Below are positions 1 to 13,877 of a DNA stretch of 64,000 nucleotides, piece after piece (the stretch's first letter is position 1; every line of letters starts with the position of its first letter). The position numbers and the translations under genes are program-made. Under the pieces are notes generated by a model. The model did no database searches. It saw only the letters and a program-made list of their open reading frames with translations, and was not told where the DNA came from. Origin of the DNA: the human T2T-CHM13v2.0 reference genome, Homo sapiens; NCBI RefSeq assembly GCF_009914755.1, contig NC_060939.1, one strand, 5' to 3'.

Positions 1-235
1 AGTAATCTGTGGTGATAGAAAAACAAAACAAAACAAAACAAAAAAAACAATAGTTACCTCTGGGAGGGGAGAGGGCATTGATGCCAAAGGCACGAAGTAG
101 CCTTCTAGGATGATAAAAATGTCCTGTATCTTGGTCTGGGTGGGGCCACACAGGTGTATCTATCTGTAAAGATTCCTCCAGCTGGACACTTAACACTTGT
201 GCACTTTACTGCTTATCAGTTGTACCTCAACAGGA
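1..235 (+). mobile_element. Old L1M (L1ME/L1MC-like) 3' UTR fragment
   Basis: Resembles L1M 3' ends: ...gtcctgtatcttggtctgggtgg...cacttgtgcactttactg...tacctcaa; (CAAAA)n run at 19-48. Confidence 0.65.
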
Positions 236-1145
236 AAGGAAAAGTAAGAAAAAATTTTTTCGAGGAAAAGAAATGAGAGAGAAAAAAAAGAAATCTAATT
301 GAATTACTTCTCAGGTGGAGGTTAAGTTCAAAAGTCATCTCGAAAGGGTAACATTGCATATAGTCAAAATCACCCTGGCAAATCTCCTAAATCACCCACA
401 GAGATTTGTATATGTAGGTATATTCGATCCTGCAACATACTGCTCATATACCCTGAAGTTTGAAAGCCACAAGATTCAACCAAAGCCTAGAACAAAGAGA
501 ACGTGGAGACCCAGATGCTGAGGCCTGCAACCCCCAACGTCTACGGTTACCGCCACACCCATGTTGGGAAACAGAGGGCAGAGGGGGAATCTGGAGCTCC
601 TGTCCACCCATCTGGGCTCGCTCCATCCTGCTTTAATATTCAGCCACCACAGTATGTTTTGTTCTATAGAACTGATTTGTGAGAATTAAATGAGCTGGGT
701 TCTGAAGCTAGCAGAGAAGTTGCACATAACCATTACTCTATCTTTAGGCTCCTTCTATTTGGCTCCAAGGAGACTAAACAAGATGGAAACCCTAGGAAGG
801 CCGATTTCAGCTTGGGAGAAGAAAGGGCTTGTGAACTGAAGTGGAGGAGCGCTCCAGTGATGGACTGGGCAGGTAGATAGTGAGTTCTCCATCAGCAGAG
901 GGAAGGCACAGGCTGAAAATCTGTCACACCAGGTGACCTTTATAGGCCCTTTCCCGCCTGGAAGTTCTGAGCTGGCCAGCTGTCCTGGCTCCCCATCCTG
1001 GGCATGTCCCCTCAGCTCACAGCTGCCTTGACAATGAGATGTGGAGCTGGCTAGAGGAACCTGCCAGAAACTCCAGGTGGCTGTCCTAATAGAGGATTGT
1101 TCTGCCACCCCTGAGGATTTACAGCCTCCCTCCTGAGTTATGGGA

Positions 1146-1195
1146 AGGCGGGCGGAGCCTATAAAAAGATCCGTCCTGGCTGTGCAGTGCACGGG
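1146..1195 (+). promoter_or_regulatory. Candidate Pol II core promoter (GC box + TATA box)
   Basis: GGGCGGAGC at 1150-1158 immediately followed by TATAAAA at 1160-1166; CA dinucleotides at 1185-86 and 1190-91, about 26-31 nt downstream of the TATA. Confidence 0.3.
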
Positions 1196-1834
1196 GCATC
1201 AATCAGTGGCAGCCTGGCCACTGGAGCAGAGTGAAGATCAGTCCTCTGGGCCTCACCTATAAATCCTCCCCGCATGCACACGAGGCACAGATGCGTCATA
1301 TTCGAGAAGAGCTTGTGCCACCGTTTTAATTCCAGCGATGTGGGTGGAGGGCAAGAGAGAATGAGGAAGAAGCAGGCCTAAATGTAGCTGTCCTCTGAAC
1401 TCACCTCTCACCCAAGCCGCCAAACCTCCCTCCTTCCAGTCCCATCCCTAAGCAAATGGTGTTGAGTGGGCAGATGAGAAAAGGTTGTCTACCTGGGGGC
1501 AGGGTTGTTGGATTTGCAGGGGTGGGGTGGGGTGGAGGTCCATTGTGGCCTGAACGAAGCTAAACCAGAGGTGGAGCCACCACACATGTTTCTGGAGGCT
1601 GGAAGTGCACCCCTTTCCTCCATCTTCTATTAGTGGCAGAGAGGTCTGATGGCAGAAGTTCAATGGATGGACAGAGAAGGGCCAGGCTGCCCTGGACTCA
1701 GAATTGTTGCACTGCACAGCTTGGAGTGCTTTTCACCTCATCACTGTGCCAATGGAGTTGTGCAGTACACAACCTGGATCGCTGCACGTGAGGGGCCTGC
1801 TGGATCTACATCACAGGTCTTTCTTCTTGAGAAT

Positions 1835-1985
1835 AGGGTAGTGGAGAGAATATTAAACCAAGAGTTAGGAGACCTGGGCCCAAGTTCTAGCTTCATCCCT
1901 GACTTGCCATGGACCCTGGGCAAGTGCATTACTTCTCTGAGCTTTATTTTCCTCACCTGTAAAATGGGGACAATAATCCTGTCCC
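1835..1985 (+). mobile_element. MIR SINE
   Basis: MIR core: ccctgggcaagt...ctctgagcttt attttcctcacctgtaaaatggggacaataat. Confidence 0.8.
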
Positions 1986-2599
1986 ACTGGACCTTTCTCA
2001 CCAGGTCTGGCATGTCTCCTGTGGGCCTCGTGGAGTTTTGGACAGAGGACAGCTTCTTCTACATATGACCCCTCCAGGATCCACTCAGACCCCAATCCCA
2101 ATTCTTGGCCAGCCTTTAAAAATTACCATGCTACCTTTCTGGAGGCCACTCCCTTCTGGGACAGAACCTACTAGAGCTGACAGGATTTATAGCCATGCAT
2201 AAGGTGCCCCATAATTTCTGAACTAAAAAGCAGTACATTTGTCTGACAACCAGAGAACATTTGAAATTGGAACTGTCCCAGAAACCCAGGTCCATCTGTT
2301 TGCCAGTTCCAGGCAGGTGACTGCAGCTACTAACAGCTGTCCCCACCAGGGAGGGGGCTCAGGGGCAGGAGGTACAACTGAGCACAGGCAAACTTCAGTG
2401 GCAGTACTGCCGGCAGCTGGCTGGGAGACTCCCGGACAGCAGATTTCCCTGTCTGAGCACAGCCGGGCTCATCTCTCAAACTAGGGCAACCCCTATGACC
2501 AACCCCTCACAGCACGTTAGAAACAGTATTTTCCAAAAGTTCACAATTTTTCAGGAATCTGGGCTTAGCTGCTGAGGGAAATAAACCAGAAGTGAGGTG

Positions 2600-2810
2600 G
2601 GATGGCACAGGGGCCTGGACTCGGCATCTGGCAGGCACGGGTTTGAATCCTGCTTCCACCACCCCAAAATCCCATGACCCTGGGCAAACTATAAACCTCC
2701 CCAAGCATCAGGTCTGTCATCTGGGAAATGGAGGTGAAGCCACGGACTCACAGGGTTGGTGCAGAGTGGAGAGAGTACACATGAAGTCCCTGATATACAG
2801 CAGGTGTCCA
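2600..2810 (+). mobile_element. MIR SINE
   Basis: gggtttgaatcctgcttccacc...tgaccctgggcaa...tcatctgggaaatggag...cagggttggt. Confidence 0.7.
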
Positions 2811-2929
2811 CAGGGCAGCTGACCTTGTCAAACAGCTTCAGACCATTTTACTCAGGAGAGTAGGGGCTCTGGGGAACTAGTCACCACCACCAGCACAGAA
2901 GAGAGAAAGGAACATCTTTTTTAAAAACT

Positions 2930-3120
2930 CTCTCGGTCCTTCTCTTTCCCCCTTCCTCTCTCATTACCTCTGCCCTGCCCCAGCTCTCGCCCCAAGTCTT
3001 CTGGCCCCTCCTGATCCCTGGGGAGCCCCTTTTGGGCCTCGCCTCCCTCTGCCCTCTCAGTCTCTTCTTCTCTCCTCTATTTCCTACCTTTTTTCCTCTC
3101 CCTCATTTCTCCTGTCTCCC
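2930..3120. repeat. CT-rich low-complexity (polypyrimidine/polypurine) tract
   Basis: Plus strand is almost entirely C/T over about 190 bp. Confidence 0.7.
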
Positions 3121-3439
3121 AGGCAGGTGGGGGACTTATAAGGAAAAGGCAGGAAGAATGGCTCCAAGCTCCCTTCAGAGGCCCCCATGACAAGAAAGGA
3201 AGTGAAGACCAAAGGCAGGGTCTCCCTCCGTCCCCTGTCCCAGTCCTGCCAGGCCAGAGACACCTTGCCCAGGCTCAGCTCTACTCAGGAATGGAGGTGG
3301 ACTCCTGCACCCAGGACAGACCGTGCCCACAGCAAAACTGCTCCAGGTGCCAGGTAGCCCTGCCAGGCAGGGTGGCTGAGCTCTGAAAAGCAGGAGGAGG
3401 AAGTCACAAAGCCCCTCCAGCTATACACATATCCCCCAC

Positions 3440-4290
3440 TCCCTGGGTGATCTCATCCATCTCTGGGCTTTAAATGTCATCAGACGGTGCCCATAGTTAC
3501 ATCAGCAGGGCCCTCACCCCTGAGCTCCAGATCCATATCGCCAGCTGCCTACTTGACATCTTCCCTGGGACGGCTGGTAGCTTCTCAAACTAAACAGGAA
3601 CAAAATAGAACTCTGTGCCCCCTTGCTCTCCCCGCCCAGGGTTTGCCGCCATGGGGAGCTCACCACCATTCATACTGCTACTGGAGTCACACTGATTCCT
3701 CTCTCTTTCCCACATCCCCACATCTAGTCCATCAGCAAATCCTGCTGGCTCTGCCTCCAACATGCGTCCAGAATCCCATCACTGCTCAGACTCTGATCCA
3801 TGCACCAGCATCTGTCACCCCAGGAGCACCCCCACTGGCCTCCTGCTTCCCCTCTTCCAGTCTACCCTCTACTCAGCAGCCAGGGAGAGCTTTAAAGATA
3901 TAAATCAGATCACACTGCTCCACTGCTTAATACCTCCCAGTGTCTTCCATTCACAACCGGGATAAACCCAAACTCCTCACTAGGCCCAAAGGCCCTTCAT
4001 GATCTGGTTCGTGTCCTCCCTGGCTGCATCTCCTTGTTCCCTTTGCTCCAGCCTGATGGTCCTCCTGTCTGTTCCTCCAGCAAGCTCGTTCCCAGCTCAT
4101 GGCCTCTGATGTACTTCCTTTCTGCTTGGAAAGCTCTCTTCCCAGATCCGCCTCTGGCTGGCTCCGCCTTGTCATTCAAGTCATCGTCTCTGAAATGCTC
4201 TCTCTGACCCTGTCTACACTCACTTTGGCATCCCAGGCCCTGGCACGCCACCTGGCACACAGCAATCCTGGATAAATAAATATCTTCTAA
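3440..4290 (+). mobile_element. LINE-2 (L2a-like) 3' portion
   Basis: L2 hallmarks: ccctgggtgatctcatcc, ctgagctccagatccatat..ctgcctacttgacatct, cagcagccagggagagcttt, and a 3' end cctggcacacag. Confidence 0.8.
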
Positions 4291-4769
4291 ATAAAAGTAC
4301 AAGTGAATAAAGGTTTCGATTCTTACAGCTACAGGGTGGAGAACACAGCAGAGTCAGGCCAAACTGCCCCTCAGGATGTGCCTTTCAGGTTCCCTGCTCC
4401 TATCCTTCCTCCCCTGGACACACTCAGCTTGGTCATGGCCCTTGAGGTCATAGTTGATGCAGAGTTCCAAGGGGCATCCTCTCTCCTCACCTGAACGCTG
4501 ACTTACAGCCCTGCCTTTCATAGACACATGGCTCCAGCGGGCAGAGCCACCATGGAGCTGGGCATCTTGATAAAGGCAAACAGCCCCAGGGTGATGGACC
4601 ATGGCTCCCACCCTGGGGGTAAAGAAAGAAAGTGCCCAAGCCCAGGGCCAGCCGGGGCAGAAGAGGTTGTGCCCCAAGACAACCCAGAGGGAGACTCCAT
4701 CCTACTCTCATGACGTTTCAGAAACCCTTGGTCCACATGCCCTTCTGCTGCTTCATTTTTATACAGCTA

Positions 4770-5166
<397 letters not shown>

Positions 5167-5389
5167 CTAGGAACTGGAGCTGAAATCTCCATCTACAGCC
5201 CTAACTTCCAGGCAGGTCAAACTGCACTGATCTGCTCAAAACATGGGTAAGTTTTAACCACGCTGGTGCCTCTCAGACTTTGTGAGGCCGGGGGGAAGGG
5301 GCAGCAGCTCTGAAGAGGCCATCACTGGCCTGGCCTCAGGGGATGTAGCCTTTCCCCCCTGAACCCCTGCTGGGCAGGCAGCATTCTGC

Positions 5390-5860
5390 AGCAGCCTCCA
5401 AGATGGGCCTCCTGCATTCTCCTAGGCCAGGCTCCTCCCAGCAGCCAGAGGGAGCTTCAGAAAACCCACATCTGATCCTATCAACCCTTGCTTATACGCG
5501 ATTCCTCCTATCAAACCAAAATGCTCACGGTGCATTCCAGTCCCGCCAGCTCCTACCTGATGGAGCAACCTCACCTCCAGCTCGTCTTCTCCTTGCTCAC
5601 CACATTCCAGCCACCGTGGCCTTCTCAGCCTTCAACTCCCCATGTGGCCTTTGCACATGCACTTCCCTCTGCCTGGAATGTTTTTGCCTTAACTCCCTTG
5701 TCTTGGTAACTGCTGCCTCTCCTTCAGACTGCATCAAATGGTAATTCCTCTGATGCCCTCCAGCTCCTGCCCAACTATCAGGCCTGCCCACTGGACACTG
5801 TGTGACCCTCTCCTCTGCAGAACACCCACAGTTGTGTGTGGTTGTGAGATCAGTGATGAT
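5390..5860 (+). mobile_element. LINE-2 fragment
   Basis: cagcagccagagggagc..., gcctttgcacatgc..ttccctctgcctggaatg. Confidence 0.65.
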
Positions 5861-5866
5861 CTGCTC

Positions 5867-6537
<671 letters not shown>

Positions 6538-6899
6538 ATCTGGTCGATGCTGCCTCCATCACCCCAGGCAGCTTCTGTTCAGCACCATGTGGTTTCACGG
6601 AGGTGCACAGACCGCAGCATCCTGCCTGACGCAGCCACTCAATACACATTCGCTGAAGGATTAAACGCCAGGCTGCCCAGTCTGATTTCAGAAGGGAAAA
6701 TGATGCAATTGAGCCACCTGATCTCCCTGGCTTCAGCCCCCAGCCTCCGACCCTCCACCGTCTGCCCAACAAAAGCCCAGGCCCAGATGTCTAGACTCGA
6801 GAGACTTGGCCGGGACCAGCAGAGCCAAATGTGCAGGGAAGGGATGGTCCTGACACTCAGTGAGGGAGAACAGAGTCAGTTTCTCTCTCTCTCTCTCTG

Positions 6900-7520
6900 A
6901 AATATCATTTCTCATGGTTTGGAATGAAACCCATTATTCCCAATTAACCTGCGGTGAACCCGCATACTTGCTGGCTTGCCCATAATTATTCATCCATAGT
7001 AATAGCTAAAGTAAATTCTGGCTGTCTCAGCGAGCACTGACATCTCCTTTGGGAAAACTTTCAAAGATGCCACGTCCTTGGTTCCTTATCTAAAGCTTCC
7101 CTGCCCCATTTTGTTTCATTTTCTTTTTTGCAGCTAATCCTTGTGAAGAAGGCATCGTAGACCAGGATAGCTCCTTCTTGACCCCGGGTGGTTGGGTGAG
7201 ACGGCCAGCGCTGCTGGGTTCCTTCCTACCCGCAGGCGGAGCAGGAGCACCGCGGCAGCCGGACCATCCCGGCAGGTCACATACACACAGTTTGTACAAC
7301 TGGCCAGTCCTTCTCCAAGCTCCCTTCACCCTGCCATCCCAGGAACTGGGCCCCATGAGTCCACAGAAACTGCATAAAGTGTCCTTCTGCACAATTTATT
7401 TTGGGGTGTCAGATGTAATTTACTAAGAGACCGTCTGCCGAAAAAAAAAAAATTCCAGAATGAAACCTAACTTGTCATTTTAAATTAAGTGTAGCTCCTT
7501 TTGTTCATCTTTCTACCAAA
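6900..7520. promoter_or_regulatory. Candidate conserved non-coding element / enhancer
   Basis: Repeat-free; clustered CAATTAA, TAATTA, GTAATTTA and TAAATTAA homeodomain cores; retained CpGs. Confidence 0.4.
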
Positions 7521-7904
7521 AAGACTGCACTAAAGACAGAATAACCTCTTCTCTATAATCACAATAATAATAGCAACAGGAGGAAGGCCTGAGTCAGAAC
7601 CTGGGTGCGTGTTAGGAGAGATGGGGCAGATGGAGAGCACCTGTGGAGGCCAGGGTGGTGAGCTGTGCCTCCTTCCTGACACCGCTCAGCCTGCCAGGGG
7701 CGTTTCCAGAGAGGAGAGCTCTTCTGGATATTTTGCGTTTTGCAGAAGAGATTGGCTAAGCAGGTGGTGGGTAGGGTGGGGGAACTGTGTGCAAGACACT
7801 CATAGCATGCTCTATTTGGGGCCATTTCTTTCTCCCATGAAGACAGCAGAGTCTCTTACAGGGAAGTCTACAGGGTGGACAATCTGAGCTGAATCCACTC
7901 AGTA

Positions 7905-8100
7905 GCTGCGATGGGTTCAGGCCCAGCTTCCTGGCCTATCAGGGCATGCCATGTGACCTCTCTGGGCTTCAGCGTCCTGTCTGTAAAATGGAGATCAAAT
8001 CCTTCTTGCCAAGTGAGTTGAGTAAGATAATTTTTTGAAAGGAACCAGTAGTTTGTGATGTTCTATACAGGTGTAAGAGGTTCTTATTATTGTCGTCATC
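7905..8100 (+). mobile_element. MIR SINE
   Basis: gggttcaggcccagct...acctctctgggcttcag..tcctgtctgtaaaatggagat. Confidence 0.7.
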
Positions 8101-8463
8101 CCTCATAGAATGGGAGGGGGGCCTTTGAAGTGGACACTGTGATGCCCCTTCCCCCATTTGCTGTGAGGTGGGCTGCTGAAGACCCCCACTCCCCATCCCC
8201 ACCTCCCTCCCCACAAGCACGGCCCTCAGCTGACTGCAGCCCCTGTCCAGGAGGTGGTCAATTCCCCTTCCTGACAGCTCACAGGCAGTAACTGCCTAAT
8301 GCCAGAGGCTGGCTCACTCCCCACCAGGGCACCACTCGGAGGTCCAGCTCAGGCTCCAAAGCCCTGCCCCGGGGGACCACCAAAGGTGGACTTGATGGAT
8401 GTGACGCCATGTCCTCGCTCAGCTCCTTCCTCTTCCCACCCTGCCTCCCTCCCTCCCTTTCAG

Positions 8464-8684
8464 GTTTCTTTCTGAAAAGCACCCCAGGAAGTCACAGGTC
8501 CTGGAGCCTTGTCTCAAGCTCTGCTTGAAGAAGCTGCTGAAGAGGACTCCTGCATGGTGAAGGCCGCTGTTGCTGCTGTGGCTCTTGTTGGAGTCACGGT
8601 GACCACAGCACCAATGCAGGATGCCATGTCCTGCCAGGGGAAGGAGAACACCAATGTTTCTGCCAGACCTGCAGGCCGGGGCAG
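8464..8684 (+). other. Candidate spliced exon (lncRNA or small-ORF transcript)
   Basis: Long pyrimidine tract ending tttcag|G at 8463; CAG|GTATCT donor at 8684/8685. Confidence 0.25.
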
Positions 8685-9229
8685 GTATCTGCTCAACCAC
8701 GGGGGCGGTCAAAAAGACAGAGAATCGGGGAAGCTGGGACTGGGAGGAGAGCTAGGGTCCCACCAGTGGTGCCAGGGCAAGGCCCTTGCCTCTAGGATTC
8801 TGGTCCTGCTCCTGTGAATGCTGGAGCAGACGCAGGATGATGAAAACGCCCCTTGCTCCAAGTACTCTAAGATTCCAAGGACAGAGAGGACTGCTGGTCC
8901 CTCACCCTACATGGGGCTGGGGACATGGGTGGGGGTCCCTGAAGAAGGGAATAGAGAGGTGGGAGGAGGAGGGACACCTGCATTCTGGGTCACCCTGTGC
9001 ACGTCTCCAGAGGCTCTCTCTAGCTTGTCTCTTTTTCTGACCTTGTCTCTTTTTCTAAAACCACATGGGGACTCCTCCCACCTGTCTGCTCCCCCAAAGC
9101 CGATCTGCAAGAACCCCCACGCAACGCTCCCTCCTGTCTGAGAGGGTCCCCCCAGCCCTGCAGACTCACTACCATGCGCATTTTCCTCCAGCTCCCCCCA
9201 CCCCCAGCGCTCACCCTCTCCCCGCTTCA

Positions 9230-9545
9230 CCCTTTGTCAACAGCTCTTTTCACAAGGTCATCATTACCCACTAATTGTCCAAAATTTCATTCCCTCATCT
9301 TTCTTGGTTAAGGATTGATTTAAGGAATGAGTTCAATATCCCCGCCGTCTCCAAGTGCTTATTAATTCCCGGCGCCTCCAGCTCCCTGCGCAGAGCCTGG
9401 CTCACCTCACACCGCTTCACCCCACACTGATTGGTAAAGCCCCGGCTTTTAGGCCTGCAGGATGGGAGGCCTAATGTGCACTAATCTATCATTACTTCAC
9501 ACGGCTGGCAGAGTGACGGATGGTGGCGGTGGATGGCTCAGTGAG
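9230..9545. promoter_or_regulatory. Candidate conserved non-coding element / enhancer
   Basis: CAAGGTCA 9253-60, CTAATTG 9271-77, TGATTTAAGG 9316-25, TTATTAAT, CTGATTGG 9427-34; no repeat similarity seen. Confidence 0.45.
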
Positions 9546-9759
9546 GGAGATGGTCCTCCGCCTCCTCCAGGACTAGGCTGGAGTCGGAAGTTTGCTCGGC
9601 AGGAGAATGACCACCACCTTTAACAGGGCAGGCAGGGGAGGCACTGTCTTGCAAGAGTGGAGACCCAAGACATCAGCAGGAATCAAAAAATGTCTCCTCT
9701 CACCCTGCCTCCCTCCAGGAGCTGGAAGGCTACCTAGTCCATTGCCTCGTGGGCTGGGT

Positions 9760-10212
9760 ATTGTCCACTCACCCCTCACATTCACGGCCCTGCCTGCTCC
9801 GTGGCCTGGTGGGCAGAGCTGTGTGGACAGCATCAACCGGCAGCCTTGCCCTCTGCTTCTACTTGCATTCAGCCAATGAGGAGCAGCAGCAGATCGGAGG
9901 GAGGGGCGTGAGGCTGGGTGTTTACTGGACTGGGCTTTCCCCGCAGGGCTACCACAGGCTGCCTGTGTCATGAAGATCACAGCTCCCATCAGGTGATCCC
10001 CCCTCTCTCCTAATGCTCCCTTCCCTCACCCCTTCAGGTCTGAGGCCCCAGCAGTCCCACTGTCACCCACTCCAGGGGCTGCACCACCCTGTGTTTCCCC
10101 CATACTCTGCCACACCTTTGTAAAAGTCCCTTTATTCAGCTCCCATCAAATTACCCAGCTTTACTGTGCCATCTGTCTCCTACTGGAACCCTACGGGAAC
10201 CCTGACCAATAC
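9760..10212 (+). mobile_element. LTR33-family ERVL solo LTR
   Basis: ttcagccaatgag...; 3' end cctttgtaaaagtccctttattcagctc..aaattaccc..tgtgccatctgtctcct..ggaaccctgaccaata. Confidence 0.75.
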
Positions 10213-10214
10213 CT

Positions 10215-10325
10215 CTCATTTTACCAATGAGGAAACAGGCTCAGACAGGACTGCAGCTTGCCCTAGGTCACACGCAGTCACAGCAGGGCTGGCTCCAAAA
10301 CTCCAGTCTTTTGACTCTGTCTAAT
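10215..10325 (-). mobile_element. MIR fragment
   Basis: cattttaccaatgaggaaacaggctcaga..cttgccctaggtcacac. Confidence 0.7.
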
Positions 10326-10732
10326 GAGACTTCACCAGCCTGACTTTTCCGCGTCCCTTTTCTGTCCCTCCTGACCGCAGTATGCATCTCTTTGTATATG
10401 GGCTACCCTGGGAGGGGAGTGTTCAAGGTGCTATCAGGGCTCAAAGAACCTGTGCCTGCCCAGAGACAGCAGTGTTGATGCACCTCAAACGCCCTCCTCC
10501 ACAGCACGTTCCAGATGTCGGGGACATCCGTCTTTCAGTGGCTCTGTAGCCTGGAGCACCCTTTCTTATGGTCTTTGTATTTGTCCCCTCAGGCAACAGT
10601 GCACCTATTGAAAATGCCAAACCCTAGACCATCTCTACCACAAGCAAACCCCAACCAAACCAATAGATCTGGGGTCCAAGTTTCCACCCAAAGCCTCTCT
10701 TTTTTACATAAGTCCTTCATGACAGAAGGCAA

Positions 10733-11040
<308 letters not shown>

Positions 11041-12194
11041 AACAGAAGGTGATTATTTAGTCAATAAACTTCTACTGGAGTTTCTCCTATAGCTGTGAAC
11101 TGCCTCCCTCCACCATTACCCCTCCCCTCCCCAGGAAGGAGACCAGTGAGGTCGACAGGGACAACTCCGAGCCCTGCGAGCTGTTCACGAAGGGTCCAAC
11201 TCACCCTCTACCATCACAGGAGTCATTCACTGCAGGGAAAAGGCCCTGACCACCTGCTTCCTGCAGAGACCACCCTTGGACAGTTTGCCACAAATCAACA
11301 GCCCATCCTGGCAGCTCAAGTCAATATTCTCTTGGATGGTCAAGTGCCTCTGCTCCAGAACAGTCCTCAGAGGGGCCGACCCTGCCTTCCTCTATAGCCT
11401 GAGACATGCTCCCATATGTCCTCTGTCTCCTGAGGCAGAATCCTCTCCCTGTGTTTCAAGGCACCTGGTGATGGGTTGTCTGCTCACCACTTTGTGGTCC
11501 ACACTTGACACTTCATTCTGGCTTGGTCTCAATTATTTCACAGGGATTGAGAACCCACGAAAACTGCCAAGTCCATATATACCTGGCCCAAGCCTAAAAG
11601 TCATCAGCAAATCCTATTTCCATGGTCATCTTGAGATGGAATAGGCTATCACCCAGAAAGCCTCCCCAAAGGGAAGGATAAGGCCAGAGATCAGAAAGGG
11701 GCTGCAGAGAGATGGAGGTGGGGCTGTTCTATTATAAACCTCTGGTAACAGCCCTATCTCCATCCCTCCCAAGAGGGGAATTAAGCATGTGCCCGAGACT
11801 TAATCAAGAGAAACTCACCCCGGTGAATTGAGGCATGGTGTAGGGGAAACCTCTGGGCTGGGGATCAGGAGACCTGGATCCTCTCTCAACCCTGCCGCTT
11901 AGCCCTTCTTGCCTCCTGGCCTCTCCTGTAACATGTGGGGTTGGTTGGATCAGATGAGCTTTAGTGCTGTAAGTGATATAACTCTGCATTTTTCCAGGGA
12001 GAAGGAGAAGCAGTGGCCTTTAATCCTGGTACTGCATTCTAGATGATCCCAACTCCATAATGCCCTTCCTGAAATAGAGCCACAGGGAAGAAGCCCAGCC
12101 CAGCCCCACCTGTGGGGCTATCTCAGCTGTTGGAAGAAGCTGCTCTGAGGAACTGACATAGATCATTCCAAAAGGAGTCAAAACCCCCAATCCC

Positions 12195-12676
12195 TTTAAT
12201 TTGTAGATACCTTTGGGTGGTATGGTCATTTCAACAATATTAATTCTTCCAACCCATGAGCATGAGATGTCTTTCTTTTTTGTATGTGTCCTCTTCAATT
12301 TCTTTCATCAGTGTTTTATAGTCTTCATTGTAGAGAACTTTCATTTCCTTATTAAATTTGCTCCTAAGTATTTTTTTGTAGCAATTGTAAATGAGATTGC
12401 TTTCTTGATTTCTTTTTCAGCTAGTTTGTAATTGGTGTATAGAAATGCTACTGAGTTTTGTGTGTTGATTTTGTATCCTGCCAATTTACTGAATTTTTTT
12501 ATCAGGTCTAAGAGATTTTTGGTGAAGTCTTTAGGTTCTTCTATATATAAGATCACATTGTCTACAAAGAGTGACAATTTTACTTCCTGTTTTCCAATTT
12601 GGATGCCTTTTATTTCTTTCTCTTGCCTATCTCTAGCTAGGATTTCTAGTACTATGTTAAATAAGAATGGTGAAAG
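12195..12676 (-). mobile_element. L1 (L1MA-like) ORF2 remnant, 5'-inverted segment
   Basis: Minus-strand translation [34 protein letters not shown] matches the L1 ORF2 reverse-transcriptase region (FADD motif decayed). Confidence 0.9.
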
Positions 12677-13824
12677 CAATCTACAGATCCAATGCAATCT
12701 CTATCAAAATATCAATGACAGTCTTCACAGAAATAGAAAAAACAACCCGAAAATGCGTATGGAGCCACAAAAGACCCTGAAGAGCCAAAACAATCCTGAG
12801 CAAAAAGACAAAGCTGGGGGCACCACACTACCTGACTTCAAAATGGACTGCAAAGCTATAGTAACCAAAAAAGCATGATATTGGTATAAAAACAGACATA
12901 TAAGCCAATAAAACAGGTTAGAGAACCCAGAAATAAATCCATGTATTTGCAGCCAACTGATTTTCAACAAAGGGGCCAAGAACATACAATGGGGAAAGGA
13001 CATTGTCTTCAATAAATGGTACTAGGGAAACTAGATATCCATTTGCAGAAGAATGAAACTAGAGCCCTATCTCTCATCATACAGAAAAATCAACTCAAAA
13101 TCTATTAAAGACTTACATGTAAGACCCATTACTATAAAACTACTAGAAGAAAACATAGGGGAAATACTGCAGCGTATTGATCTAGGTGAAGATTTTATGG
13201 GGAAGACTTCAAAAGCACAGACAACAAAAACAAAAATAGATGAATGGGACTATATCAAACTAAAAAATTCTACACAACAATGGAATCAACAGAGTGAAGA
13301 CACAATCTATAAAATTGAAGAAAACATTTGCAAAATATTCATGGGACAAGGGACTAATATCCAGAATATATAAGGCACTCAACAACAACAACAACAAAAA
13401 CACATAATCCCATTAAAAACTGGGCAAATGATCTGAACAGACATTTCTCTAAAGAAGATACACAAATGACCAATAAACATATATAAAAATGTTCAACATC
13501 ACTAATCACCAGGGATTTGCAAATCAAAACCACAATGAGATGTCATCTCACCCCAGTTAAAATGGTTATTATAAAAAAATAACAAATGCTGATGAGGATG
13601 CAGAGAAAAAGGAACTCTTACAAGCTGTGGGTGGGAATGTAAATGATGACAGCCATTACGGAAAACAGTATGGAGGTTTCTCAAAAAACTAAAAATAGCA
13701 CTACCATAGGATCCACCAGTCCCACTGCTGGGTATTTATCCAAAGGAAAGGAAATCAGTATGTTGAAGAAATACCTGCACTCCCATGTCTATTGCAGCAC
13801 TGTTCACAATAGCCAAGATATGGA
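12673..13824 (+). mobile_element. L1 (L1MA-like) ORF2 C-terminal remnant, non-inverted segment, 3' end lost
   Basis: [44 protein letters not shown]; several stops and frameshifts. Confidence 0.9.
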
Positions 13825-13877
13825 GGGTAGGGAGGCTGGGGTGGAGGGGGGATAAAGGAGATGTCTGCCAGGCATAC

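Noticed and set aside
12341-13373. ORFs with reverse-transcriptase-like motifs as a possible novel RT system
   Set aside because: These are plain decayed L1 ORF2: catalytic FADD degenerated to FVDN, with stops and frameshifts
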